DNA of 64,000 bases, taken from positions 30,628,001 to 30,692,000 of the forward strand of contig OZ024749.1 in assembly GCA_964016885.1 (NCBI GenBank), given 5' to 3'. Source of the stretch: Eledone cirrhosa. Its lineage: Eukaryota. The position numbers and the translations under genes were made by a program. Below, piece after piece: positions 36,755 to 51,736 of the stretch; within the stretch, counting starts at the first letter, position 1; the number at the start of each line of letters is the position of its first letter. Under the pieces are notes generated by a model. It was not told the origin of the DNA, searched no databases, and saw only the letters and a list, made by a program, of their open reading frames with translations.

Positions 36755-37850
36755 GAATGGGACCTGCCCCTTGTATAGGAGCAAATTTTGGAATAGAATA
36801 GAAAGAACTAGGAATAAGGTTAATAGAATAAACTCATGGAATGATAGCAATAAATACCAGAGTGTAATGTTCATCAATACAACCCCTAGAGGTGAATTAG
36901 CTTACAAATTTAGAAAGGATCTATATAAACTTAAACTTAATATTAAGATAGTAGAACGATCAGGTACCTCCATAAACACACTTATTAGAAATACATTCCC
37001 TTTTCAAAGACCTCCCTGTATAGATAAGAAATGCATAATCTGTAAACTAAGTCCCCATATTAACTGTAAAACTAGAAATGTAGTATATAGCATAAGATGT
37101 ACTGAAGGACAATGTAAAGATAAGAATATAGTGTACATATGTGAGACAGCTCGTAGTATAGGAGAACGGTTAAATGAACACTGGCGAGAGTTTCATGATA
37201 AAAAAGAATCATCAATACTCCATCAACATGGTAAAATAGAACATAAGGGCAAATTAGAGAACATAGAAATAAAAATAGAATCTACACACAGAAAAGACGC
37301 AATGGTTAGACAAATCAGAGAGGCAATAAACACAAACGAACTCCAACCAAAATTAAATAGAAAACATGAATGGAATAGCAACATCACAACTTACAATTAA
37401 GGACAAAATGAAAACACACACACACATAGAACAAACAACCAACCAGTACCATGTAAATAAACAAATAAATAAACAAATAAAAACACACAGACACCCGGAT
37501 GTAACACATGCGCAAACTAAGCACACAATGCTCACCAAAACAAGATGGCGTAGGACAGAACAAAGGAGAGACACAAAACAAAGAAAATAATCCCCAGTCA
37601 CTGAAGAGGTCACATAATGTGTGACGAAAGAAGTTTGACAATATATGATCAACCGTCCGGCTGTGAAACCAACCAACCAACCGGAAATTTATAAATTCTG
37701 GAATTTATAAATTTAATTTATAATAAATTGAAGTGAAAGCAATTGGTGCGTGTGTTTCTTATTGGCAACATGACCCTCCCAAACTATAACAATATCGGTT
37801 TCAACACACGTTTTCAGATAAAGAATCTTGCTAAACAAATTCAGAAACGA
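36755..37850 (+). mobile_element. 5'-truncated PLE (GIY-YIG endonuclease, family E pseudo-LTR, start of next ORF)
   Basis: [38 protein letters not shown] 37597-37639 (gtca-CTGAAGA-ggtcac..gtgac-GAAA-gaag-TT-tgac). MTLPNYNNIGFNTRFQIK begins at 37770. Confidence 0.9.
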
Positions 37851-37866
37851 TAAATATATATATATA

Positions 37867-37930
<64 letters not shown>

Positions 37931-38139
37931 AACATAGTAAAAATGATAAATGTGAAGACAAAATATGAAGAGGGCTCGATAAGGATAGTATATATATATA
38001 TATAGATGGGAATCTAATTACTCACTGCCACCAAGAATTCTCACTGCTATCGAAAAACCACTCCTTCAACTATTCTTCTAACAACTTCACCCCTCCCTCC
38101 TAATATTCTCTATAAAAACTAAATAGGTCCTCAGTAATA

Positions 38140-38259
38140 TTATTCTGATGAAATGACAGTAAATAATAACATTGAAATATTGAATGTCTGCATAACTAAA
38201 AGTTTGTAGATAGCAGCTATTTTAGGTTATGTAACTGTTATAGAAACACGTGTCAATAA
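38140..38259 (+). ncRNA. Hammerhead ribozyme with extended stem II (5' pseudo-LTR)
   Basis: ttatt-CTGATGA-a-atgacag-[~75 nt]-ctgttat-a-GAAA-cacgtg-TC-aataa. Confidence 0.8.
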
Positions 38260-38463
38260 ATTCCTTTCAACTAAACTGTATCCATTCAAATCTTTCTATT
38301 TTTCTCCGGATTACTTTTGGAACTACAACTGGAACCGTCGAGCAAACTCTACGTGAGCTGATAATCTACTGTGTGTAATATTTATATTACAATACAACGG
38401 AAAATACTGTATATTTACCTCCTGTAAAGTCGAGCAACCCACACAGCAAACGCAACCACAACA

Positions 38464-40785
38464 ATGGAAAAACACTACCTGGATATGTCACTCAAAAACA
38501 TACCAACCCAAGGTAGAAAGGAATATTTATTGAGTATGATTAAAAAAACTAATGAATTCATTCGACGTGTCAGGTGGAAAACGCTCCACTATGATAGAAG
38601 CCGTATGAACTCAACATTAGAAAGTGGTGTAAACAACAAATTCGGTTTTAGGACTTGTAAAAACCCACCCACCAACCCACTATTAGATGCATTTGAGCAG
38701 GACCTTATGAACTTAATCCTTAAAATTAAATTCAAAGGACGCAACACCAACAGCAAATTACAGAAATATATAAAAAAACTACTGGACGACCTTAAAAACA
38801 CCAAAGGAATTGTAGTAAAAGCGGACAAAACATCAAACCTGTACACTATGGATTGCACTACATACAACAACTTCATTCGAAAAGAATTACATAAAAAATA
38901 TAGAAAAACGAGTGAAGTAACCCTTAAGCACATCAATGATGAGGCATGCGAAATAGTGAAAAATCTCGGAATCGAAGATAGGACAGGACCACTCTTACCG
39001 GCGGTACCCACCTTCAATCTTAAGGACCACAAGGTAAACTTTGATAATGACCCTAAAATTAGATTAATCTGCCCCTCTAAATCAGATATAGGTAAAATAA
39101 GCAAATATATCTTAGATAGAATCATCCCCCAAATTAAGGCTAAGGTTAACATTAAACTCTGGGGGAAGACCCAAGAAGCAATAAGATGGTTTAATAGCAT
39201 TAGCAATAATAATAAATCTAAGTTTATCCAGTTTGATATCGATGAATATTACTCATCGATATCACCTGAAACTTTGAATAGAGCCATTAAGTTTGCTAAG
39301 GATAACTCTGACCTTACAAACGATGAAATTAAGATTATATTAGAAGCTAGGAAAACTATAGTCAAATTTGAGAACAGTTATTGGGTACGTAAAGATAGAC
39401 CCTCTAACTTTGACATAACAATGGGCTCTAACGATTCGGCGGAAATAACTGATATTGTGGGGTTATTTATCGCCTTTAGACTCCAGGAAAAATTCAGCAA
39501 TCTCCACGGCGGAATATACCGCGACGATGTTCTCCTCCTAGCTAAAAACCTTAATAACCAAAAACTAGAAAAACTACGCAAAGATATAAGAAAACTACTA
39601 CTCGAAGTAGGACTAACTATAACATATGAATACAACCTTAAAGTAGTTAACTTCCTGGATGTCACACTCAATTTAAACTCTGGTTTGATTAAACCGTTTC
39701 ATAAATTGAATGAAAATCTCAAATACGTAAATGTTGGGTCTAACCACCCCATCTCTATAATTAAATCTATCCCTAAAAATATTTCCCTTAGAATCTCGGG
39801 TCTATCTTCTAACATACAAGTATTTAAGGAACACGCCGAGTACTACGATAACGCCCTTAGTAAAGCAGGCTACCTCAACAAAATAGAGTACATAGATGGG
39901 AACAATCAAAACGCCCAAAATAAATCCCACATAGGTAGATATAATAACACAACACCAAACCACACTTACTACCATAGTATGCACACCAGTAAACCAACAA
40001 ACAAAACTAATAGAAAGCGATGCAAAGAGTACTTATGGTATAACCCCGAACACAATAGTTCCATTAGTACAAATTTACCAGTACTCTTCTTTAAAATAAT
40101 TAAAAGACATTTTCCCACATCACACAAATACCACAAAATCCTAAACCCTACCACTATAAGACTGTCATACTCTACAGCGTTAAACCTTGAACAACACATA
40201 AAAAAGATCAATACTAGAAGGTTAAACGAAAACACTAAGAACTTAAGTACAAAGAACACAAAAAAAACAGTAGACAATACACTACAGAACATAAATAAAC
40301 CACACCTAAGTTCGTCCGCAATACTACTCCAGAGAAAACCCAACGTACACAACTGTAACTGCACCTATCCTGACAACTGCCCCCTCGGCAATAACTGCCT
40401 GGAAAAAAATATTATTTATATGTGTACCATTAAATCCGGGGGCAACGAGTGGTATTACGTGGGATCAACGGCAACATCGTTTAAATCTCGATTGTATAGG
40501 CATTCTTACTCAATAAAACACCAGAGCCAAAGAAATGTAACAACTTTAGCAGAAAAAGCTTGGACGCTCAGGGATAGCGATCAAAAGTTTACCCTAAAAT
40601 GGGAGAAATTAGCTAAAACCCAAAGCTTTTCCAGGAGCCAAAATTTCTGCAAATTGTGTAATCTCGAGATTTATTACATAATCACACACAAGAAGAAACT
40701 GCTGAATAACAGAATTGAACGAACATTATTCTGCCGTCACAGAACTAAAACCCTTTTTTCCCACTACAAGCCGAATATTACATAA
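38464..40785 (+). CDS. PLE reverse transcriptase + C-terminal GIY-YIG endonuclease, 773 aa
   Basis: RT motifs KADKT, FIQFDIDEYYSSI, TMGSNDSAE, IYRDD, NFLDVTL; linker CNCx5CPLx3C; endonuclease NIIY..YYVG..R..E..LLN. Confidence 0.96.
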   Translation: MEKHYLDMSLKNIPTQGRKEYLLSMIKKTNEFIRRVRWKTLHYDRSRMNSTLESGVNNKFGFRTCKNPPTNPLLDAFEQDLMNLILKIKFKGRNTNSKLQKYIKKLLDDLKNTKGIVVKADKTSNLYTMDCTTYNNFIRKELHKKYRKTSEVTLKHINDEACEIVKNLGIEDRTGPLLPAVPTFNLKDHKVNFDNDPKIRLICPSKSDIGKISKYILDRIIPQIKAKVNIKLWGKTQEAIRWFNSISNNNKSKFIQFDIDEYYSSISPETLNRAIKFAKDNSDLTNDEIKIILEARKTIVKFENSYWVRKDRPSNFDITMGSNDSAEITDIVGLFIAFRLQEKFSNLHGGIYRDDVLLLAKNLNNQKLEKLRKDIRKLLLEVGLTITYEYNLKVVNFLDVTLNLNSGLIKPFHKLNENLKYVNVGSNHPISIIKSIPKNISLRISGLSSNIQVFKEHAEYYDNALSKAGYLNKIEYIDGNNQNAQNKSHIGRYNNTTPNHTYYHSMHTSKPTNKTNRKRCKEYLWYNPEHNSSISTNLPVLFFKIIKRHFPTSHKYHKILNPTTIRLSYSTALNLEQHIKKINTRRLNENTKNLSTKNTKKTVDNTLQNINKPHLSSSAILLQRKPNVHNCNCTYPDNCPLGNNCLEKNIIYMCTIKSGGNEWYYVGSTATSFKSRLYRHSYSIKHQSQRNVTTLAEKAWTLRDSDQKFTLKWEKLAKTQSFSRSQNFCKLCNLEIYYIITHKKKLLNNRIERTLFCRHRTKTLFSHYKPNIT

Positions 40786-41082
40786 AAGAGGGACATCCCC
40801 CAACTATATAAACCTTAATCTAGTTAGAAAAATATAAAAACAATCTCTTCTCAACATATATTAATAACCTTAAATTACCACACTAATAATGGAAAGATAT
40901 GCTGATGAGAATAGGTGCAAATATGCGATAATGAATGTGTCTAAAAACGTCCATAAGTATGTATATATATGTGAAAATGTATATAAATAAGTAAATATAT
41001 ATATATGTTTGATGTGTATAGTTAGATGTAAGTGTATTCATGTATTAAAGTGCATATATATGTATGTATATATGTATGTATA

Positions 41083-41169
<87 letters not shown>

Positions 41170-41757
41170 GTGTATATATATATATGTGTATATGTATGTA
41201 TATATGTGTATATAGATGTGTATGTATGTGTATGTGTGTACACATGGACCAGAGTAAGTATGTATATATGTGTGTGTCTATACGTGTGTATATAAAGATA
41301 AGTTGAGTATGAAAATGTATACACATGAGTGCGTATGTATGTACATGAATACATGTGTGTATATATATGTGTATGCATGTGTATATATATGTAAGTATGA
41401 ATATGTGAATTGTGAGTATATGTGTTTTGTAGAGGTGTGCAAATATATTTGTGTGTGAATGCGTGGGTGAAAGGATACGTACACTTGAAAGAAAAATTTA
41501 AGTCTGAATGTTAATTAAGTGCAAACACAAAACCAACCACGCATATCTTTACTATCTCTAATCCTTCTATAGATTTAGAAAAATAACCAATAATATATTC
41601 TATAAAAAATGTCAAAACAACAGATGGGTATCTAATTACTCACTGCCACCAAGAATTCTCACTGCTATCGAAAAACCACTCCTTCAACTATTCTTCTAAC
41701 AACTTCACCCCTCCCTCCTAATATTTTCTATAAAAACTAAATAGGTCCTCAGTAATA

Positions 41758-41877
41758 TTATTCTGATGAAATGACAGTAAATAATAACATTGAAATATTG
41801 AATGTCTGCATAACTAAAAGTTTGTAGATAGCAGCTATTTTAGGTTATGTAACTGTTATGGAAACACGTGTCAATAA
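41758..41877 (+). ncRNA. Hammerhead ribozyme with extended stem II (3' pseudo-LTR)
   Basis: Same motif as 38140-38259. Confidence 0.8.
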
Positions 41878-41911
41878 ATTCCTTTCAACTAAACTGTATC
41901 CATTCAAATCT

Positions 41912-41968
<57 letters not shown>

Positions 41969-42725
41969 GTATACAGTAAAAATAGTAAAAATAATAAATG
42001 TGAAGACTAAAATCCGAAGAGGGCTCGATGAGGATATTATATATATATATAAATATATATAAAAACCGTAGAGCAAATATTTAATAAAATTACAGATTAA
42101 AGTTTAGTCAAAGAATCGCTGCTTTCAACCTTAACAGTATATAAATATATATATATCACTAAAACAACATATCCCAAGCAAGCAATTGAATCGAATCCAG
42201 TGTCACTTGGTGGCAAAACCTACACTTTAAACACACAGACGTGAATTCATCTAATATTAATACGTATGTTTACTTTATTTCAGTTGAAACACTTGCGCAT
42301 TTCGAATAAATTTGCAACATTATTTATTTGCAACAAATTACGAAATTAAATATAAAGCTTAAGTCGGGCATAAAAAATTAAAAGCAACTGCAATGAAATA
42401 CAAAAGAAAAAAAAAAGTATATTTATAAAAATATAATAAAAACCTAGAATATAATTAAAATACACACCAACAAATTAAGTACGACCTATCTGCTTTTAAT
42501 TGACTTAATTAAATGAAATTAAAAAAAATAACATCATAACATATTTTATAAAAAAGAAATGTGTTATTTAAGAGATAAAAGGGAATTATTTAATAATTAT
42601 TCTAACGAGAGGAATAATTATTGCTATATATATATATATATATACGTACACATTTGTATATATATATACATTATATGTCTCTCTCTCTCTCTTTCTATAT
42701 ATATATATCTATATAATTATATACT

Positions 42726-42781
<56 letters not shown>

Positions 42782-43151
42782 TGTTTATGCATACATATAT
42801 ATATATATATATGTGTGTGTCTGTCTGTGTGTGTGTGTGTGTATAAACATCTATATGTAAAACTCAAACGCGCATATACACGCACACATATATATATACA
42901 CATACACATATATATATATATACACACACATACACATACATACGCACAGAAAAGTATGTATACCTATACATTATTTATAAACTTCAATGAAGCCGTATTA
43001 TACATCATGTAAACGTGTTTAATGTAAAAACTCTTGACTAATTGCTTGGTTAAACATTCGCTAAATAACAGCAGTAACAACTACAAGAAGTGTAACACAC
43101 ACTCACATCAACACACACAGACACACCACACAGACACAGGCACAGATACAC

Positions 43152-43199
<48 letters not shown>

Positions 43200-43225
43200 A
43201 TACATATATATACATACATATTTAT

Positions 43226-43271
<46 letters not shown>

Positions 43272-43284
43272 ATGTTTATATATG

Positions 43285-43358
<74 letters not shown>

Positions 43359-43397
43359 TACATATTCAATTCCAGGGGTCCAGGTAAATTCTTATAC

Positions 43398-43472
<75 letters not shown>

Positions 43473-43494
43473 CATATATATATATATATGTATA

Positions 43495-43535
<41 letters not shown>

Positions 43536-43568
43536 TGTCTGCCTCTGTTTTGTTCCCATATAAATTTG

Positions 43569-43619
<51 letters not shown>

Positions 43620-43620
<1 letters not shown>

Positions 43621-45045
43621 CGGCGATGAATTAGTTTTGCGAGGTTTTTTATAAGAAATCGTGTGAAAGGATAGGCCAACACTGGGGGGAACTAAAAGAC
43701 GAAAAAACGGGTCAGTACTATACGAACATGCAAGACAACAACACGACGGTAACATAGACAACATAGAAATTAGAATAATATCTAAACATAGAAATGACCC
43801 AGCAGATAGGCAAATCATAGAGGCCAGTGAAATAGAACTTAGAAGGCCAAGGCTAAACAGCAAGAATGGATGGAATAACAACAACACCCACACAAACAAC
43901 ACTGACCTAAGAGAAGTATAAATAAATAAATAAATAGATAAATAAATAAATAAATACATACACAAGCACAATAACAATAAACACATATACATACACACTA
44001 GTAAAGATAGAATATATTAACTGATACACAGTCACCCAATCACGAACACACATCAAACAAAACACTATACACACACGCAAACGCATGCGGAAAGAAGACA
44101 AAATAAAATAAACAAACAAACAAATAAATAAATAAATATATAAACAGACTAAATAAAGATGGCGTAAACATACAATGTAACGGGAGGAAACAATAGCACC
44201 ACTGACGATGTTGCAGATGTGCAACGAAAGAACTTTGATAAACTATATATATGTGTTTGTGTCTACATTGTATCTGTATTATTTTTGACCGTCGGTCAGT
44301 CAATGGCAACATTGAGGACCGAATAAATTAGATTACCGATATAAAAGACACAGAAGCGAAAAGTGAAAACCAACCAAACAGTGAGTGTGTTCTGTTATTA
44401 ATTCTGGCAATATTACACAAACATGACCGTCCCCAAGTATAACAATATTTGTTTCGACACACGATTTCATATCAAAAACCTCGCAAAACTAATTCATCGC
44501 CGTTATGGCATTAGCTTGTGCCAAGCTGAAAGGTTATTGAAAGACACTGTTTTCTGTTATATAAAAACTACAATAACAACAGAACAAATCCGCTTCTTAA
44601 AACACTGTGTTTCCTCCAAAATATACACAACAAACATATCAAAACAAGTAAATAATTTATTATTGAACAAAACACAAGCTGAACGACTAAAACACACAAT
44701 AACAGTTAATATGAAAAGAACAACATACACAAAAGTCAACGAACTTTACAGACAGAAACGCATTAACGGTAAGGGGGTTCAAAATCTCACCACACCAAAC
44801 GAAAGGGATGACTTCATGAGCGTCATCCGACGTGAAACGAAATACGCCCGAAACGAATGCAATAGGCATTTCAATAAGAAATTAGAATGGATGAATAAGA
44901 AAAAACTACAAGAAAGGAAAATAGAATATTCTCAAAAATACCCAGATAACATCATGAAAAGCGAAAACCAACCAAACAGTGATTGTGTTCTGTTATTAAT
45001 TCTAGCAATATTACACAAATATGACCCCCCCCCCCAAGTATAACA
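43620..45045 (+). mobile_element. PLE tandem junction: endonuclease C-terminus, 3' UTR, HHR (44198-44239), then N-terminus of the next ORF (44423-~44960)
   Basis: SVLYEHARQQH..RQIIEA..LNSKNGW is homologous to the 36755-37400 peptide; MTVPKYNNICFDTRFHIK is homologous to 37770; short inverted copy at 43620-43665. Confidence 0.85.
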
Positions 45046-45854
45046 ATATATATATATATATATATATAAGAAGCCATCAGCCACCGAAGCCCCCCCCCCC
45101 CCCAAAAAAAAAACCGATGCATTCTAAACAAGTCAAACCAAAGAATTTACCTGGACCCCTGGAATTGAATATATATATATATATACATATATAAACATAC
45201 ACGCACAGACATATATATATATAAAGAGAGAAAGTGAGCCAGCTTGAGAGAGAGGGGGGAGAGAAATAGAAAGTGAGACAGGGAGAAAGACAGTGGGAGA
45301 GAGAGACAGAGAGAGAGAGAGAGAGGGAGAGAGAGAGGGAGAGAGAGAGAGATGTTGAGAAAGTTATAGATATACATTTTTCTGAGAGCGTGCTAAGCAG
45401 GTATGTATTCACACTGACAAACGCAGATAATTATACATACATATTCAGACAAGCATATACACATATACATATACAAACATATATATACATAATCTATAAT
45501 TAAGTCTGTTTAGTCAAAAGATTGCATCAAAATTGACTGCCCTTAAGTTGTCTAAGTATTCGGTGATAGGGATACAAAAGGAACTTATTGAACATGGATC
45601 CGTTAATCGAAAAGATACAAGCTTGCGCCTCAACTGCCCTAAATTGGAACTTTATTTATCGACCTCGGAGAAAGAAAAACCTGATTGACTACTTAATAGG
45701 GATTCAAAAACAGAAAAGGTGTAGCGAAACACAACAGATAAACTGACAATAATTTGCACTTCCTTCACGCATATAAACATAGACACACACACACACATAT
45801 ATATATTTATACCTGTACATCTCTCTCTCACTCTCTCTGTATATATGTATATAT

Positions 45855-45893
<39 letters not shown>

Positions 45894-45984
45894 TAATGTT
45901 TGGCTATGTCAAAATTTATAAAGCACACCTTGTATTTTATCTGATGAAAGCGTACTAAAGTTTCTGGTACTCTTGAAATATATA

Positions 45985-46908
45985 TCTATATATATAAAAC
46001 TGAGGATGTCTGTCTGTGTGTGTGTAAGTTTGAATCCCTAAATTTCGAGAACCACCCAACCGACTGTTTTCAAACTTTACACATATAATACTTATGTTTC
46101 AGGGAGTGTTCTGAGCAAATAAATTTAACATTTTCCATGAGCGGATTAGGCGATTTAGCGATCGCTCTCTATAATTCTTAGTCTTTCTCTTTTTAGATAG
46201 ATACATACATATAACGTCGGGCCCTTATAATATCTGTCTGTATGTCTGATGTCTGCATTACGTCACTTCCTTGAGGATGTCTGTCTGTGTGTGCGCGTGT
46301 GTGTGTCTGCGACTTTGAATTCCTAAAACTCGAGAAGTACCCAACCGACTTTTTCAAACTTTACATGTGTATTACTTATGTTTCAGGGAGTGTTATGCAC
46401 ACAAAAAATTAATCTTTTTCATCCCCAAGGGCCAGTATTAGTTAACAAACTGCGTTTTTTCAGGTTTTTAAGGTTTTTTTGAGTCGTTACCTCAGACTGA
46501 TTTCCTTGAAATTGTAACTATATATTAGTCAGTCTCTTCTTCATACCGTGAGCAAGGAAAATCCAACTTTTCTATGGTCTAGGGCCCGCATTAAGTGAAA
46601 AACTTCATTTTTTCAGCTTTTTAGGGCTTTTTAGAGGCGTTACGTCTAGCCTATTTTACCGAAATTTCAAGGCATATTATGCACATCAAAACAAATTCAT
46701 TTTCTTGATCCCTTACGACCCGCATTAGGTGATAACCTGCATTATTCCTGCTTCATCGAGGAGAATCTTAACGATTAACCAGCCATCAGAGTATTCAGTT
46801 TATTTTCTTTACATATTGTCCACGCATGCAGTTTTTCCACGATTAGGTCTGTTGGCAGCCCGCGTTCCAAAATACCTTATCACGTGCAACGCCGGGTACC
46901 ACTGCTAG
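45985..46908 (+). mobile_element. Non-autonomous Helitron (~924 bp)
   Basis: 5' TC(TATATATATAAAA); 3' degenerate hairpin CACGTGCAACGCCGGG then CTAG; inserted between A and T with no TSD; internal direct repeat at ~46001 / ~46272. Confidence 0.88.
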
Positions 46909-46973
46909 TAATAGAATAAATATGGTTTTATAAATATAGTTTCCATTTATTTAATATCATTGTATATATTATG

Positions 46974-47006
<33 letters not shown>

Positions 47007-47067
47007 GTATATATATATGTATATATATATACATGTACACACATATATATATATATCTCTCTCTCTC

Positions 47068-47099
<32 letters not shown>

Positions 47100-47106
47100 C
47101 ATACAT

Positions 47107-48430
<1,324 letters not shown>

Positions 48431-48889
48431 CCTTCCTTCCTCAATACCACAAAAGTCGGAGTTCCTTAAAATTGCGATGGATATTAGCGGTCTTAATTCG
48501 GTTACAAACATATGGACCAGGGCCTCGGTTTAATAATACCTTCCTTCCTCAATACCACAAAAGTCGGAGTTCCTTAAAATTGCGATGGACATTAGCGGTC
48601 TTAATTCGGTTACAAACATATGGACCAGAGCCTCGGTTTAATAATACCTTCCTTCCTCAATACCACAAAAGTCGGAGTTCCTTAAAATTGCGATGGATAT
48701 TAGCGGTCTTAATTCGGTTACAAACATATGGACCAGGGCCTCGGTTTAATAATACCTTCCTTCCTCAATACCACAAAAGTCGGAGTTCCTTAAAATTGCG
48801 ATGACCATTCTCCGCCCCTTTTTAAAACAGTAAACAAAACAATAATGAGCATACTTTACGTCAGAAGAAGCAGTTAGTAATTATTAGAA

Positions 48890-49041
48890 GGTGGATTTGC
48901 AATATCGGTTGAGGGTCGGACGTCATGCTCTGCAGCACAGAGTTACGGCCCTTTACGGTCTGAGTTCAAATCCCGCCGAGGTTAACTTTGCCTTTCATCC
49001 TTACGGTGGTCGATAAAATAAAGTATCTGTAATACACTGGG
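48890..49041 (+). mobile_element. tRNA-derived SINE (3' truncated)
   Basis: Main-family core. Confidence 0.85.
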
Positions 49042-49047
49042 ATATAT

Positions 49048-49089
<42 letters not shown>

Positions 49090-49337
49090 TATATATACAT
49101 ATGTACATATATACATATATACATATATATGTATATTTGAGTTAACGAGATATCGTTTTACGAACAGCGGTTTTTAGACACACCAGGCTAATGAAACATC
49201 TGTTAATACTTTGTATAAACCGATCCATGTTATTCCTCACTTATTTACTATATATATATATATAAAAATATATATATAATATATATATACACTGAGTATA
49301 CACTGAGGATGAAAAACTCAGAGTTGTCTGGTTGTAA

Positions 49338-49962
49338 TTACATATGAATAAAATTAGTCCTTCATCAGTGATCTTCCAGCATTCATTGGTATTTCATCGC
49401 TTTATGGAAGATCACTGATGAAGGAGTGATTTAAATTCATATGTAACCCATCTGCAACCACGCAGCACGCCATTTTTTCATATATCTATATATTTTCCTC
49501 CGCTGTGACCCGTCCGTTTCTTTCTTAGTGCTTCCCATTTCTCTGTATCTCTCACTTTCTTTTTACCCCCACTGCCAGTCACTCTCTCAGTTAGCTTCTT
49601 CTTCACACTTTCACTCACTCACTCACTCTCTGCTACTCCCCCTCCCTCACTTCCTCCCGTTTGACCTGTGTGAAACCCTCTATTCGCTCACATTTCACCC
49701 AGGTTGAATGGTCTTTATCTCTCGTCTACGATTTCACAGAACTTAAGTTCATCGATTTCACGGACTTGACTCCTTCTTCCTCACTTTTCGTTGCATTACC
49801 ATCTTTGTTTGTTTACATGTCTCACTCGTTTTACCCTATTTTACGTGTCCCGACGACTTTCTTTAGCCGTTGCTCGCACCAACCAGAGGTATATGATCTT
49901 TAAAGCGATGAAATACCAATGAAGCCTGGAAGATCACTGATGAAGGACTAATTTTATTCATC
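49338..49962 (+). mobile_element. ~525-bp non-coding unit bounded by direct repeats, with an inverted 5' piece; relative at 52557-53160 (minus)
   Basis: GGAAGATCACTGATGAAGGA at ~49405 and ~49928; inverted copy 49338-49403. Confidence 0.65.
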
Positions 49963-50169
49963 CTGTATTTTCGTTGCTCTAGTGATGCGGCTGGACTGCC
50001 GACCGCGATATCTGATTTGCTAAGCTGTCTGAACATATTGTTATTACTCTGGGGTTCTTTTTCCCCATCTGAGTGCTACAGCTACAGACCGATTCTGCAT
50101 TCGTTAGCTTGGAAGTGTTCTAAAGCTTCGTTCAGGCTGTACTAAATTTTTTATATATATATATATATG

Positions 50170-50592
50170 CAAAAGTTCTATTTAAATTGTTGGGATACAA
50201 CAAGCAAATATTTTTATAACTGATATAAAGCACTCAACAAGTATTTGGAGTAAGCATACGATATTAACAAATGGAAACTATATTTATAAAACCATATTTA
50301 TTTTATTATACATATTTCAAGGACACCACGTTAAATTATGGTGTGCTTTCATCAGACAAAATACAATATAGATCAGTTTTATAAATAAATATTGACATAC
50401 CCTTAAAAAATGCAACCATTACTGTTGGAAGCTCCCGGATAGTTTTTAAGGGTATGTCAATATTTATTTATAAAACTGATCTATATTGTATTTTGTCTGA
50501 TGAAAGCACACCATAATTTAACGTGGTGTCCTTGAAATATGTATAATAAAATAAATATGGTTTTATAAATATAGTTTCCATTTGTTAATATC

Positions 50593-50593
<1 letters not shown>
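50170..50593. mobile_element. Head-to-head family C pseudo-LTRs with two hammerheads (50299-50363 minus; 50489-50553 plus)
   Basis: Near-perfect ~150-bp inverted repeat; tattttgt-CTGATGA-aagcacaccat..gtggtgtcctt-GAAA-tatgta-TA-ataaaata. Confidence 0.88.
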
Positions 50594-50646
<53 letters not shown>

Positions 50647-51019
50647 GCATATATATATACATATATTTATATACATATGTATGTATGTGTGTGTGCGTGT
50701 GTGTCTTTGTAGTTGTGCAGATATGGCTAATCTCGTCACACACACGCACACATTCCTCAACACTTACACATTCAGACACATCGCTATACACACAGATACG
50801 CCTTCCCCACACACATATATTCAAAGTTTTTTTACCATTCAACAGATAAAAATCATCGAATGGCTTATCTATTAGTTCAAGCAGGTACAGACTTGGAGTT
50901 ACACTTACGCATGCGCACATTACTGCCAAGCAACTATTGGCTGTGGATTACTCGAAAAGTTTGACACTTAACCGTTCCTTGGCAATATCCTATCTAGTGT
51001 TATCTGTTATGGAAAAGAA

Positions 51020-51670
51020 GGGGTGGGAGGTAGAGTGTGTGGGTGTGTGAGAGAAAGAGAGAGTGTGTATGTGTGTGTATGTGTGGGTGTGTGAGAGAAA
51101 GAGAGAGTGTGTATGTGTGTGTATGTGTGGGGGTGTGAGAGAAAGAGAGTGAGTATGTGTGTATGTGAGAGAGAGGGAGAGGCTGAGCGCGTGTATGTGT
51201 GTTTATGTGTGTGAGAGAAAGAAAGAGTGTGTATGTGTGTGTATATGAGAGAGGGAGTGAGGGTGTGTATGTGTGTGTATGTGTGTGTATGTGAGAGAGG
51301 GAGTGAGCGTATGTATGTGTGTGTATGTGTCTGAGAGAAAGAGAGAGTGTGTATGTGTGTATATGTGTGTATGTGTGTGTATGTGAGAGAGGGAGTGAGC
51401 GTGTGTATGTGTGTGTATGTGAGAGAGAGAGTGAGCATGTGTATGTGTGTGTATGTGAGAAATGGAGTGAGAGTGTGTATGTGTGTGTGTGGGTGTATGT
51501 GTGTGTATGTTAGAGAGGGAGTGAGTGTGTGTATGTGTGTGTATGTGAGAGAGAGAGTGAGCTTGTGTATGTGTGTGTATGTGTGTGAGAGAAAGAGGGT
51601 GTGTATGTGTGTATGTGTGTGTATGTGTGTGTATGTGAGAGAGAGGGAGTGGGGTGTGTATGTGTGTGTA

Positions 51671-51736
<66 letters not shown>

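Larger units (their letters stand above)
38004..41917 (+). mobile_element. Full-length Penelope-like retroelement with pseudo-LTRs (Hydra-clade-like)
   Basis: Direct repeats 38004-38299 and 41622-41917 (3 mismatches seen); single intact ORF; (TA)n on both sides. Confidence 0.93.

Noticed and set aside
38589-40364. Minus-strand ORFs of 205, 97, 60 and 131 aa
   Set aside because: Antisense shadows of the PLE ORF
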